Source: Oopsacas minuta
Lineage: Eukaryota; Animalia; Porifera
Reading direction: 5' to 3'
Assembly (NCBI GenBank): GCA_024704765.1
Contig: JAKMXF010000044.1
Coordinates: forward strand, 744,001-808,000
DNA length: 64,000 nt
Shown here in pieces: positions 10,916-22,099 of this stretch. The notes below the pieces were generated by a model. That model did not search any database and was not told the origin of the DNA. It was given only the letters and a program-made list of their open reading frames with translations. Numbering within the stretch: position 1 is the stretch's first letter; each line of letters starts with the position of its first letter. A program made the position numbers and the translations under genes.

Positions 10916-13900
10916 CACAGTGGTTTGAATGCAAAGAATAGACAAAAAATAGATTTCATTTTTAATGGTTTAAACTCGTTCTTGTTTGTTTGAATAATGT
11001 TAATTTCAAATTTCACTTCGATCGAATACATATAGCTCTCACAATATGAATTTAAAGAATCAATCAAAAATAGTTCTATTTGCGGTTTCAGTGATGCTAA
11101 TATTAGCACCAATTTAAGTTTACTTGAGAGCGTCACAGAATTCTCCGAATCTAATTTATTTTATTTCCTCAACACAATTCTGTTATGCTAAATCCGATTT
11201 CCCATTTTCGTCAGTGTATCTTTACTAATTTGGACTCAAAGTTGATTTGATTAATGGTACTTTAGAGGTACAGTATTTTTTAAAAAAGAACTTCCAAATG
11301 ACCGCAAAAAAAACACCACAAAACACCACTTAGAAATTAATTCCAAAATGGCATTAAAATATCTAGAAAGACATATTAAAATGATACGCCCCGAAACAGT
11401 GCGCAACATGAAAAATTTCAGCGAATTCCATTGTCACCTTTTAGTTGCTATGCAAGTTATATGCTAAATTTATCTACTCGATTGCAGCATTCCAATTACC
11501 AATAAATATAATATATAAATACATGATTAATATGACATTAACAAATTGAATTTACTGATAATCAACCGTTTACTACGCTTTTTTCAATGACTCAAGAACT
11601 TTCCCTAACTCTCATCTTGAATTTGCTAAGATTTTGAAAGACAACAACAACAACAACTGTATCTCGACGACACTCAGTTTCTTTGAGCAGAACTTTCAAA
11701 TGGACTTCGAAGAAAGGAAACAATTGGAAGCAACGCTCCTCCGAGTAAGAAGCAGGATCAGGAAGGCAAAGAAATCGCTAGATTGCTTAGAGGGAGACTG
11801 GTGGCATTGTGGTATATCCATGGAACCAGAGTTGAAGAGGAACCGTTTTTATGATACCGTTGAGCTGTCCTCAGATGATGAAGAAGTCATATCCACACTC
11901 TCAGCAAACCATAGGAAGAGTATTGACAATCTCACGATGCAACAACAACGCTCACGACTCCCAAATGTCTTGGAATCTATCAAAGCACTCTCAATCGTTG
12001 AGAATATTTCAGAAATCAAGATAGCTACACTTGCCTTGCAACTACTATCGAACCAAACAAAACAGCGAGAAATAGCTAAAGTTTCAAAATCTGTAGTTTA
12101 TGACAAGTTTTCGGGTCAATTCGGTAAATTGTTGAAGAAAAGAGCTCGATGTTACCAAGACAGTGTTCCTTGTAGATCTCCTAGAAATTGGCAGGAGGAA
12201 ATACACACAACTCCGACATCACTTGCTATCTAGCGATATTCGTTTCCCGGCATACTATAGGGTAGTAGAAGAAAGAAACAGCATAATTTTACGGTCAGAT
12301 ATTCAGATGTACCCCAATCCTGAAACTCCACTTGGTGTATATATGCCATATGCTCATCACGTCCGCCATACTTTTTGCAGGCTTATGTCCACGCTACCGC
12401 CACCTCCAGCTCAAGATTTTCCCCTACAATTCCAGATAGCAGACGGATTAGATGGCTCTGGAAGTCACACTGTATATAATCAATCAAACACGAATACAGA
12501 TACTAAGTCGTTTATCTTATTCTGTTTCAGAGCTGTAAAGATAATAAACAATAGCGGTCGCGAACTCTGGAAAAATAACACTCCCAATTCTCCTTTTGCT
12601 CAACGTCCGATTTTCCTCCTCGCTGCGAAAGAAACGAAGCTAATATCAAGCGATTTATGGACGATCTGATCGATACTGATACTGATCTGATGAGAAGTGA
12701 AGGATTTATTCTTGGCCCTGATCAGCAAGTACGAGTCGACATTGTTCGATCAATGCTTGATGGGAAAATGGCAGGAATTCTATCTGGGGCAGGTGGGGCA
12801 AGTTGTCAATTATGCACAGCGACACATAAGGAACTCAGTGATCGTGAGTTGATAATACAGGGATTTCCAATCAACTGGCACATTACTGATGCAATTCAAT
12901 TTTTCGGTGAATAGAAGACAGCAATTCGTTCTTCTCACTTCCTTCAAACCAACGTTGTAACATAACGCACGAACCAACCTCAACAATAAACATCCTTCCA
13001 GCATCTCCGTTACACTCGTACACTGGCATTTTCAGGTGGTTCAATCTACTAATTTATCATTTGAATTGTGGAAAACGTACATGGTCACCAACATCTTTGG
13101 CGATAAAAAATTCAATGATATTTGTCAGAAATCTGATTGAAGAGAAGACAGGAATGAAGATAGATCAGCCGAATGCAAGTGGAGGTACTAGCTCTACTGG
13201 TAGTGTAGCTCGTCGAGCATTTTCCTGTGATTCGAAATATATTGAGTGTGTATTGTCAGTTGTTGAAACAGAACACAAAGAAACACTTTCAAAACTACAT
13301 ACACACTTGCCAGCTATCCTTCGAATAATCAATTCAGACAGGATCATTAACACCGAGGTCTTTGGTGATCTATGCGCCGATACATATCTCTTGATCGTTG
13401 ATTCATTACCTTGGGTGAGCATTACCCCAACATTACCAGGGTATTAGCTCACTCAGAAGAAATTTTGAAAGAGTTCAACCATGGGCGAGGTCTGAAAAGT
13501 TTCTCTGAAGAGGGATCCGAGGCATGCAACAAGTTACTAAGAAAGTATAGGGAGAATCTTGCAAGGAAGTCTTCATTTGAAGATAATGCAATGGACATTT
13601 TCGTGAGACTGGCCTCTGAAAGTGACCCTGTATTGAATCAATTTCGTTCAAGTTTAGTTTGTGAAAGGTGTGGGGAACACGGCCACACAAAAAGAGCAAA
13701 GTGTTGTAGGGATAATACCGAAAATAGATTACTAGATTCTTCCATAGACGAAATTGTTGATTCACTTATAATTAATTCATAGATTCATTAAAATTTTAAA
13801 TCTATACACTCTTATCCAAATACTATACAGGGTAATAGTATATATACAGAGTAGGAGATTTTTCTTATGAAGTGGAAATCTCTATGAGTTTTATTAAATA

Positions 13901-14089
13901 ATTTTTTAAATGTGACGTCATCATAATATGTGATGACGTCATATCCAGAAATCTAGAAGCCATAGAAGAAATTTGATTGCCCCATTCGATTCCTCGGATA
14001 CGATAACCTATTCGCAAATAATACATTGCATATGGCTATCTGGTACTAGAATACCTATTCTTTACTAACTCCCATTTTAAACCACTGTG
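10916..14089 (+). mobile_element. Full-length Transib / RAG1-like DNA transposon (3174 bp)
   Basis: Ends CACAGTGGTTT (10916) and AAACCACTGTG (14089); ACATG at 10910-10914 and 14090-14094 (5-bp TSD, offset by one extra C on the left); encloses a Transib/RAG1-type transposase. Confidence 0.9.
11700..13782 (+). pseudogene. Transib/RAG1-like DDE transposase with 4 frameshifts (~12140, ~12630, ~12910, ~13437)
   Basis: GLDGSGSHTVYNQ (D, 12451), NTPNSP..RP, SMLDGK (D, 12759), CQLC, SPLH, L(H)RVLAH, SEEGSEACNK (E, 13519), ARKSS..DSDP-like end; these are Transib/RAG1 core motifs; no in-frame stops found when the frames are joined. Confidence 0.9.
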
Positions 14090-14280
14090 ACATGAAAACG
14101 GTAGGTTAATGTAGCAGAATGAGATTATAGTGAAATGATTGCATATTCATGCTTTAGCCAAAGTTAATGATGATGGCGGAGCTGAATAAGTTCCAGAATA
14201 ACAGTGGCCTATTGTAAATAATGTGAATAAAACGTATGCAATAAGTTAAACTTAATCAGGAATATAAACTACAAAAATGA

Positions 14281-15486
14281 TTATTTAGAAATTACACTAA
14301 ACAGAATACTAGCCCCAGCACTAGGCTTAGTAGAGTAACACTTAGCAGATGGATAATGCTTAGTGATGTGATTAATTACATTTTCTAACACCTCTTGCTT
14401 CAGGAGGGTCACAGTACAACCTCCAAACCCACCTCCTGTCATCCTGGAACCGAACACACCCTCACATTGCATAGCTAGCTCCACCAACTGATCCAGCTCT
14501 ATACAACTAACTTGATATTGATCCCGTAATGAGGAGTGACTAACTAGCATTAGCTTACCGAATAATACATAGTCCTTCTTATCCAGAGCATCAGCTGCCT
14601 GAGTAGTGATGTGTATCTCATTCACAACATGAAGAGCTCTTTGATACTCCACGTCACTTAATTTGTCTCTACCAGCTTGTAACTCAGCTAATGTGACGTC
14701 ACGTAGAGACTTCTTCTCTAGCTTAGCAACAGCTGACTCACATTGAGCTCTACGTGTCCCATACTCAGATCCAGCTAGTGCGTGTTTAACCTGTGTGTCA
14801 GTTATCAGCACGACTAGACTAGGGTCATTCAGAGGTACAGCACGAGTATCAAAGGGTAAGCGACAATTTATAAGTAGTGCATGTGCCTCCTGACCCATCA
14901 AACAAATGAACTGATCCATTATACCACAAGGAACCTGTGGATATGTATGCTCAGCTGCTTGACACAACAGAGCCTGTTGCTTAAGATTCAATATAGCTGG
15001 ATCATGTATTAGTCCTGGATACAGAGCTAAGAAGAATTGTAGAGTAGCTACCTCCAGAGAGGCTGAGCTGCTGAGTCCGCCCCCCAGAGGAACGTTAGAA
15101 TGAACCAATAAATTATAGGCAGGACGTGACTTAACTGTAGAACATTGCTTTGTTATCTGGTCTATAACTCCAAGTACGTAGTTATGCCAGAGACCAGGCT
15201 TAGAGGGAGGAGGGATAGCAACGGATATGGGGTATTGGAATGTTCTCTCTGAGTCTGGAATTCGTTGAGACGTTGTGGTCATACTACAGACACTCTGGTC
15301 AGAAGAGAGACCCCCCACTATTACAGTATACATGTCAAGAGCCATGGGTAGCACGAACCCTTCATTGTAATCAGTGTGTTCTCCTATAAGATTAACACGC
15401 CCTGGAGCTCTAACAATAATACTACCCTCATACGAGTAGTGAGAGGAGAAAGCAGTCTTAGCCTCCTGTACGAGAGTGGACTCCAT
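14281..15486 (-). CDS. GALK1: Galactokinase, intronless
   Basis: RAPGRVNLIGEHTDYN signature, PLGGGLSSSA GHMP motif, CGIMDQ, GSRMTGGGFGGC. Confidence 0.97.
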   Translation of the reverse strand: MESTLVQEAKTAFSSHYSYEGSIIVRAPGRVNLIGEHTDYNEGFVLPMALDMYTVIVGGLSSDQSVCSMTTTSQRIPDSERTFQYPISVAIPPPSKPGLWHNYVLGVIDQITKQCSTVKSRPAYNLLVHSNVPLGGGLSSSASLEVATLQFFLALYPGLIHDPAILNLKQQALLCQAAEHTYPQVPCGIMDQFICLMGQEAHALLINCRLPFDTRAVPLNDPSLVVLITDTQVKHALAGSEYGTRRAQCESAVAKLEKKSLRDVTLAELQAGRDKLSDVEYQRALHVVNEIHITTQAADALDKKDYVLFGKLMLVSHSSLRDQYQVSCIELDQLVELAMQCEGVFGSRMTGGGFGGCTVTLLKQEVLENVINHITKHYPSAKCYSTKPSAGASILFSVISK

Positions 15487-17127
15487 CAGTTAGCTAATTT
15501 GCAGTATAAGAGGTGATAATATAACTTTGTAATGGTTATAGTAAACAGAAATTGGTCTGGTAGGATCAAGGAGAAATCTCATGGATTGTCAGGAAATTGT
15601 AACAGATTTGATAGTGTTAAGAAATGGTTGGGAGGCCGGGTTCGCATATATGATTCTATTCATTAAGATTTATTATATCACCAATATAAAGTAATAATGC
15701 CTCTAATTAACAAGTGATATATGTTTAGAATTTTCGGGGTTTCCACGCTGAAATGACTCCAATAAGTCTAGTGACCAGCATTTAGGTTAACTGAAGTTCG
15801 GCGTGTACAGGATCACCAAAGAGTGTATTTGAAAATGTTTATTTGCCCGATCGATATGTGACAAAGTCAAATTTAAACCTATATCTTGGCCTTAAGGATA
15901 AATACTTCGGTGCCGTTGCAGGCACCGAAGATTTTCTTCTTTAAGTGCTGGCAACGGCAAATCTAAAATTCTCAATACAACACCTCAAACCCTGTCTCAA
16001 AATGACCAAAACCACATCTAAAGGAGTTATAGTCATTAATCTAATGGACCTACCCACACTAACAACTCGAGGCCTTAATCAAAATGCAATAAACCACATC
16101 CAACCTACAGCCTGCACTGTAGCCGCTTTCATTATTATAACCATCTGAAAAAAGATAATTTCAAACTTTTTGGAAAAAATTGCTCGATTTAAAGAGGTTC
16201 CCGGATCTGGCCATATGATCAAACTTAAAGCTAATTAAAAGCTAGTACGTACTTGTTTCCATAGATCAAATCTCGGAAAATTTCGTTGATCAAAAGAGTC
16301 AGAAATTTTAAGTTCACTACTAGGGATCACTAGGGATCAAACTATCTGAAAGGAAAATTCATTAATTCAAAAATACACACAAATAAATTACATACACAAT
16401 TGAAATACTAGACACAAAATACGTAGTAATGCACGCTAAAGAAGCTTATGATATGACAAAAATCTACCATGAGGGCCTTTAAAGTTCATTTAATCAATTC
16501 AGGATATACTAAGTACAAACATAGTTAGGTTTTGTCGATTTGTCAAAAGTTGGATTTGGTATAATCAACACTTGTCGGGCTATTTTGTATAAAATCGACA
16601 TTTCAAAAAGGCAGATTTTTCTCGACGAGTTAACAAATCCACTTAACATACAAACATATACATACAGGAATAGGTACAATTCACAAAAAATGCAATCTTC
16701 TACCAAATGTATAACTTTACCAATCTTCATGTAAATCGGACTGCTAGATTTCGACAGACATATAGACGTAACATATCGTCTATAATGTTAATGCATCTCC
16801 CTATAGGAGTTGCTTAAATAATAAAGTTTTATCAACTGAATCATATTTCCACACCTTCAGACTTTTTATACTTCAAATTATTCCGGGAGATTTTCATAAT
16901 ATTTCTTACTCAGTGTCGAGTTTTACTAGTAGTTTACAGGAAGCTTTTGATTAAATGTCTAATCTAGGAATAGTATTAGTTGATTACACACACACACGTT
17001 AGCACACAAATAGAAAATTAATTACCCGATATTTAGAAACGTATATCATATTATTCATATACAGTAGCAGATAGATTTGTAGGAAATAAACTTTAGATTT
17101 CAAGCAGAATTCACTTTAAAATTAATG

Positions 17128-18201
17128 TTACATATCATCAAGACTAGCTCGGTATTTTTCCATCAACGGTTTCACTATCCAGTCATTCACATGTTTGTAC
17201 TTTTTCTTGTAAGATACCAACTTAATTATAATTCCAATGCACACCAGAAGATATACGAAGAGCAGTATAATCTCTAATATAGTCAATAAAAACCATTGTA
17301 TATCACGAGAATAGTGTAGAATGGATCTTAACATTGTGTACACCTCTTCTGATACAGTAATTGAAGGTAAAATACCATGGGAGATACTGTTGAAATAGCT
17401 AGGTTTAAGAGTAATGATGTTGATTGGTGCTTGTAAGAAATATATGAATGAATTAATCAGTACTAGTGCACATATGTGCGCTACTGCTACCTGAGAACAT
17501 AAGAATTGCTGCACTATTATACGTTTCGATTTGTAATCTTGTATTGTACCGTGCCAGCGTGCTTCTTCTCGCCTTCCTTTCAGTAAAAGGTAGAATTTAC
17601 GGCAACAATATATGTATGTAAAGAGGTCTACTATGTTTATTGGGAAGAATAACATTTCTGATAGAAATACTGTACTAGGGAGAGCAGATAATATCAGAAA
17701 GATGAAAGATCTGATAGAGATATATATCGTATACCCTATAATCCATTTTCTATAAGAGCTATTGAGATAAGCTCTTCTCAGGACGATGAACAACAGAGAC
17801 AGTATTGGAGGTAAAATACTCAGTACTACTCTATCTATATTTCCACATGCAACTACCAATATTATCGATGAATCATTATTATAATGTGTTTTGTCATATA
17901 TCGGATGGTTAAAATGCTTGACAAAGAAAATGTAATTTCCATATATGCCAAGGATTATATTGCTGATCAACTCCAATCCACTCAAAATTAAGATGAAATT
18001 AAACCCTATAGATTCTATCTTTAAATTGTCTCTGTGCCTTTTCAAATCGATATCTATTCCTGCAGATAAGGGAAAATTTCGGATTTCAATAAAATTTTTG
18101 TACTTTCGGTAAGAGAAATACACAATAATGAACACCATCAGGAAAAAGTATGACAATATTCCAAGAGTAGTGATTCTACCAAACAAATATAATTCATTCA
18201 T
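17128..18201 (-). CDS. Orphan seven-transmembrane protein (357 aa), intronless
   Basis: About seven hydrophobic segments separated by basic loops; no recognisable GPCR class motifs. Confidence 0.65.
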   Translation of the reverse strand: MNELYLFGRITTLGILSYFFLMVFIIVYFSYRKYKNFIEIRNFPLSAGIDIDLKRHRDNLKIESIGFNFILILSGLELISNIILGIYGNYIFFVKHFNHPIYDKTHYNNDSSIILVVACGNIDRVVLSILPPILSLLFIVLRRAYLNSSYRKWIIGYTIYISIRSFIFLILSALPSTVFLSEMLFFPINIVDLFTYIYCCRKFYLLLKGRREEARWHGTIQDYKSKRIIVQQFLCSQVAVAHICALVLINSFIYFLQAPINIITLKPSYFNSISHGILPSITVSEEVYTMLRSILHYSRDIQWFLLTILEIILLFVYLLVCIGIIIKLVSYKKKYKHVNDWIVKPLMEKYRASLDDM

Positions 18202-19547
18202 TATATTTTACTCAATGAGGAGGAAAATTGAATGCATGTCATTTAATAGATGAAAATATAGAAGCTTCTGTTGATACTTTTTGTCAGGGGTTTATATATA
18301 TATAAATCAGGCAAATATGACTAATATCAATTACATTGAGCTGCTATATCCATATCTGGGACATTCACCTAAATGCTTGTAGAGCAGGAATTATCTGAGG
18401 CAACAATTCATGATTAATATTAGTAATCTACTCGTAATACTATATTACAACAATGTAAGCATTAGAGTAATGATTATTTATGATATCATATAATTATTAC
18501 AGTAGTAAGTTAATGTATTCATTAACAATCCTAGGGATATTGCTTCACGGGTAATCTCAATCTATTAATAAATTAAATAAAGTCGAAATCGGGTTATTTG
18601 CTCCACTTGATGCACAACAAATATTGGTTGAAAATCTATATCGATGGGTGATTAACAAAGAAATTACCTAATCACAAATGTAACAAACTCCCAAAAATTC
18701 AGGTGAAAGCACGAATACATACAATACAAAGTACACACTTAAAGAGTAAAAGGGAAACCCACAGGCAAAAAGAAAAAATTTATAATATTTCAACAATAGG
18801 TTCATAAATGTTGAAGTTGAACGAAGCACTTTGATCCTCAATCAGTAAGTTTTCAGTTTGCAAATTTTCAATTTTTAAAGAGTTGTGATGACGTAATAAT
18901 CACATGAGGAGTTTTATTTGGTTAATATTATGAATTCAGGATATGTGGAGCATTGAGGGTTTGAACATGTGTTATCACGCTACTACTCAAGAAATATTAT
19001 AGAAAATAAGTGATTTTATTATCACGCGATCGCCTGTATATAACTGGCCATGAGTTCCTAATAAAAATCTGAGGGTTGTAGTTTGTTTTTTTCTATCAGG
19101 CTATTTCGTAAATTAGCGAATATTTCAAGACGATTTCTGCACTTGGTCTTAGGGAGCAAACGGTACTAAGAGTCTTTTCAGCCAAATAGGTTTTGCCGAC
19201 GGGTGGAATAACTGATAAAGGTCGTGTTATTAAATAGTTTGGAAAATTTTCCTTGTGTAAGCCAGAACTTATTCACACCCCAACTGCTGAAACAATGCAA
19301 CCCAACGTGATCAGATTGTATTCCTACTAAAGTATCAATACTTCTTCCCATCGATATATTCGAAGTCAGATTTTAAAGTTCCCACACGTACTTGCCTACT
19401 ATATATATTATCACTATCTTTTATGTCCACGAAGAATACTAGATATGAGAGGAATGATTATAAAAGTAGAGATTGGCAGACAACTAGTATGACATATAAG
19501 TAGTATAACAAATTACAATTGAATACACATATAAGTATGTCCTAGAG

Positions 19548-19625
19548 CATTGGTTCTAAACCTTTTTCTTTCGCGAACCTCTTTGGTCTTTTATAGGGTC
19601 CGTGGACCCAGGTTGAGAACCACCG
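19548..19625. mobile_element. 78-bp hAT MITE
   Basis: TIRs CATTGGTTCTAAACCT / AGGTTGAGAACCACCG; perfect 8-bp TSD TCCTAGAG (19540-47, 19626-33). Confidence 0.85.
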
Positions 19626-19856
19626 TCCTAGAGACTAGAGGAACCCATATAATACATACACCAGAATGCATTGAAAATAAATATCATTACTATACACAGT
19701 TAATTAAGTGAAGCAAGCGTTTGATAGAATGTTTTTTGAACTATGAACAGAGAGCAAAATAAAGATCTATACATGCAGGGTTCATTATGATTAGAAACAA
19801 GCAAACAAATGATCAAAGTCTCATATAGAGTAATCCAACTATAGGGTAGTTACTCA

Positions 19857-21321
19857 TCAGCTTGGTCTTGACGCTGTGTACATAGGAGGGTGAGTAGGTA
19901 TGGGGTTATTACCGGACATGTTGGGCATACGTTCCGGCATAAAAGGTCGATGAAGCTGTGGTGAAGGGAATGGATTGTGTTTATACCCTAGGATGTGACT
20001 TGTGTTGTTATACTGAGTCCGGTAATTGGGCACAAAACCAGGCATGTTAGTAGGAATTACCCCTATTCCAGTTGGGGGGAGGGGGTGACCCATGTTATTG
20101 TGAAATGGTGGTTGGCTATGAGACATGCGTTGTGGAATTTGCATTGGGGGCTGTATTGGACGGGGAGGGTGATGCAGAGTATGAGATGGAATTGAAAACT
20201 GAGAGAGAGACAGGACTTCATTGTTACTCTGGGAATGTATATTTAGTGCTGGTATAGGAATGTTAGGATGAGAATACATATTTGAGTGGAGTGAGGGTTG
20301 TTGGGGAGGAGACTCTTGCAAATTGAGAGCAAGAGATCGAGATAGTTTTGGGGGAGTGTCAGTGATAAGTGGTTCGATTTGAGAGGAACTAGATTGGATT
20401 TTAGAGTCGGGAGTGCTTGAATTCGAGGTGTCATTTGGAGCTGGATCGTGTGTGGGAGTATTGGACCCCGGACTTATCTCTGATTTGATGGACAAATTCA
20501 ATTCAATGGGTTCTGTCTGCATGGATGACGACTCAGAATTCACTTGAGAGCTTCGTAGAATTTTTAGAAAAGGTGGATAATACCCACTGCCTGGATTCAT
20601 TTTGTGTCTAAAATTTACATGGGATTCCAAGTCTCTGAGAGATTTATAACTGGAGTAACAACCTTCAGAGGAATATCTCTTAGAATCGAATGCACAGAGA
20701 AACAGATCTCCGAATTTACACTCTTCAACTTTTTCAAAAGTAGAGTTACACCTGAATCAAAAAAATATAAGAAATTAGCTATTGAAATGTATCTGTCGAA
20801 TAATGTCAATTAATAAAATCACTGAAATTACACAATTCATGCAATGGAGACAGAATATGGGTAAACAATTTAATTAATTCAGATAAACAAGTAAATTTTG
20901 ACACGAATCAGGGGCGTAGTCAGGATGGTGGTGCGATACACCACCTCAGGTATTGCTCATCACTCAAGTTCATTGAAAAAATCTAGAATATGTTCATGCA
21001 GCAAAGAAATCTATGCGCTTTGGCATGGGAAACGATATGTGTACTCAAATGCCATATGAATTCGAAATTCATTACTATATAGTAATACGATTACTGACAT
21101 TTGTCACACCACTATTCATCATAACCGCGCTTCGTCACTGACAAGAATGCATACCAAAAATTGGGATTACATCACGATAATTATTTTTAGATGAGGGAAA
21201 ATTGGGGACAGTTTAGTTTATACAAACCTCTGGTCTGTGAAACTTATGCCAGATTATCTTACCTTTTACATTCTTTCAATTCTTTAGCACAGTTATAGCA
21301 AAATGTATGCTTACACGGTTT
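19857..21321 (-). CDS. CBLL1: Hakai/CBLL1 E3 ligase (m6A-writer subunit), partial: exons 21321-21263 and 20751-19857; 5' exon(s) not located
   Basis: The spliced frame gives KPCKHTFCYNCAKELKECKR|CNSTFEKVEECKFGDLFLC...GCYSSYKSLRDLESHVNFRH (RING/HYB-C2H2 of Hakai), then a Pro-rich tail; GT-AG intron 21262-20752. Confidence 0.8.
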
Positions 21322-21571
21322 CTAAAAAATTATAAAAAATGGATAAGAATTGAAATAAAATACGTAAATGAAAATATAAATAAATAAAATATGTATAAAA
21401 CTAGAGATTGCAACCTCTCAGAGACCACAACTCACTCAATTTTCCTTCCCAGTCCTTAACATAAATATAAACCATAATATTCTGTGGTTATTAATGGCAT
21501 CTCTACAATTACCCTACAAGTTGTAAAGATCTACGAACAATATCTAATATTATTATCTAATTATTCAATAT

Positions 21572-21868
21572 CTAAGATTGTCCCAATTGGGATTTGTTCC
21601 TGGCTTGCTTGTTGGATTTTGCTAGTCCACTCCTAAATCCGTGCTTGAATCTTCTGTTTACTAACTTCAAATGCTTCATCCTACCTGTCCCAGTCGTATG
21701 TCTGCGATGAGCTTTCTCACTCCAACCATATACTCTCTTCTTCTTGCTTGGGTAAGCACAAGAAGCGCATCTGCTCTTCTGTATGTGGTAGGAACTACGT
21801 CCACATCTCCTACACAGAGTATGTGTTTTGTTGTGACGCTTTCCAAAACTTGTGGTACCCTTTGTCAT
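21572..21868 (-). CDS. RPL37: 60S ribosomal protein L37, intronless
   Basis: [23 protein letters not shown]...CASCAYP...GTGRMKHLK. Confidence 0.98.
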   Translation of the reverse strand: MTKGTTSFGKRHNKTHTLCRRCGRSSYHIQKSRCASCAYPSKKKRVYGWSEKAHRRHTTGTGRMKHLKLVNRRFKHGFRSGLAKSNKQARNKSQLGQS

Positions 21869-22099
21869 GGCAACTGAATCTCAAAGTTATTATCTAGAAA
21901 TGTCTGGTATGGGATATTATTCAAGGGAATACTATGACTAGATTTGTGTAAGCATTCAAATAATAATATTTAAAAACTTAATACAAATATTACACTGTGT
22001 ATGAGAATATACAAACAGAAATACATGACAGGATTCACAGTCAAATATGTAATTCATAGTATTCAAAGTATGGTTAATTACTGCATAAAATGAAATAGG

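Noticed and set aside
10950-11630. Possible RAG2-like or second gene inside the RAG-like transposon
   Set aside because: No kelch- or PHD-like coding seen; ORF 10861-11136 crosses the TIR; the 3' side has only about 300 bp
10916-14089. Assignment as a Chapaev/CACTA element (also CAC-ended)
   Set aside because: No 3- or 4-bp TSD matches and no N-terminal Chapa/RING region was seen; the 5-bp ACATG and motifs fit Transib better. Phylogeny is still needed
15905-15941. Hairpin plus T-rich run as an intrinsic terminator
   Set aside because: The genome is eukaryotic with no bacterial gene upstream; kept only as a low-interest hairpin
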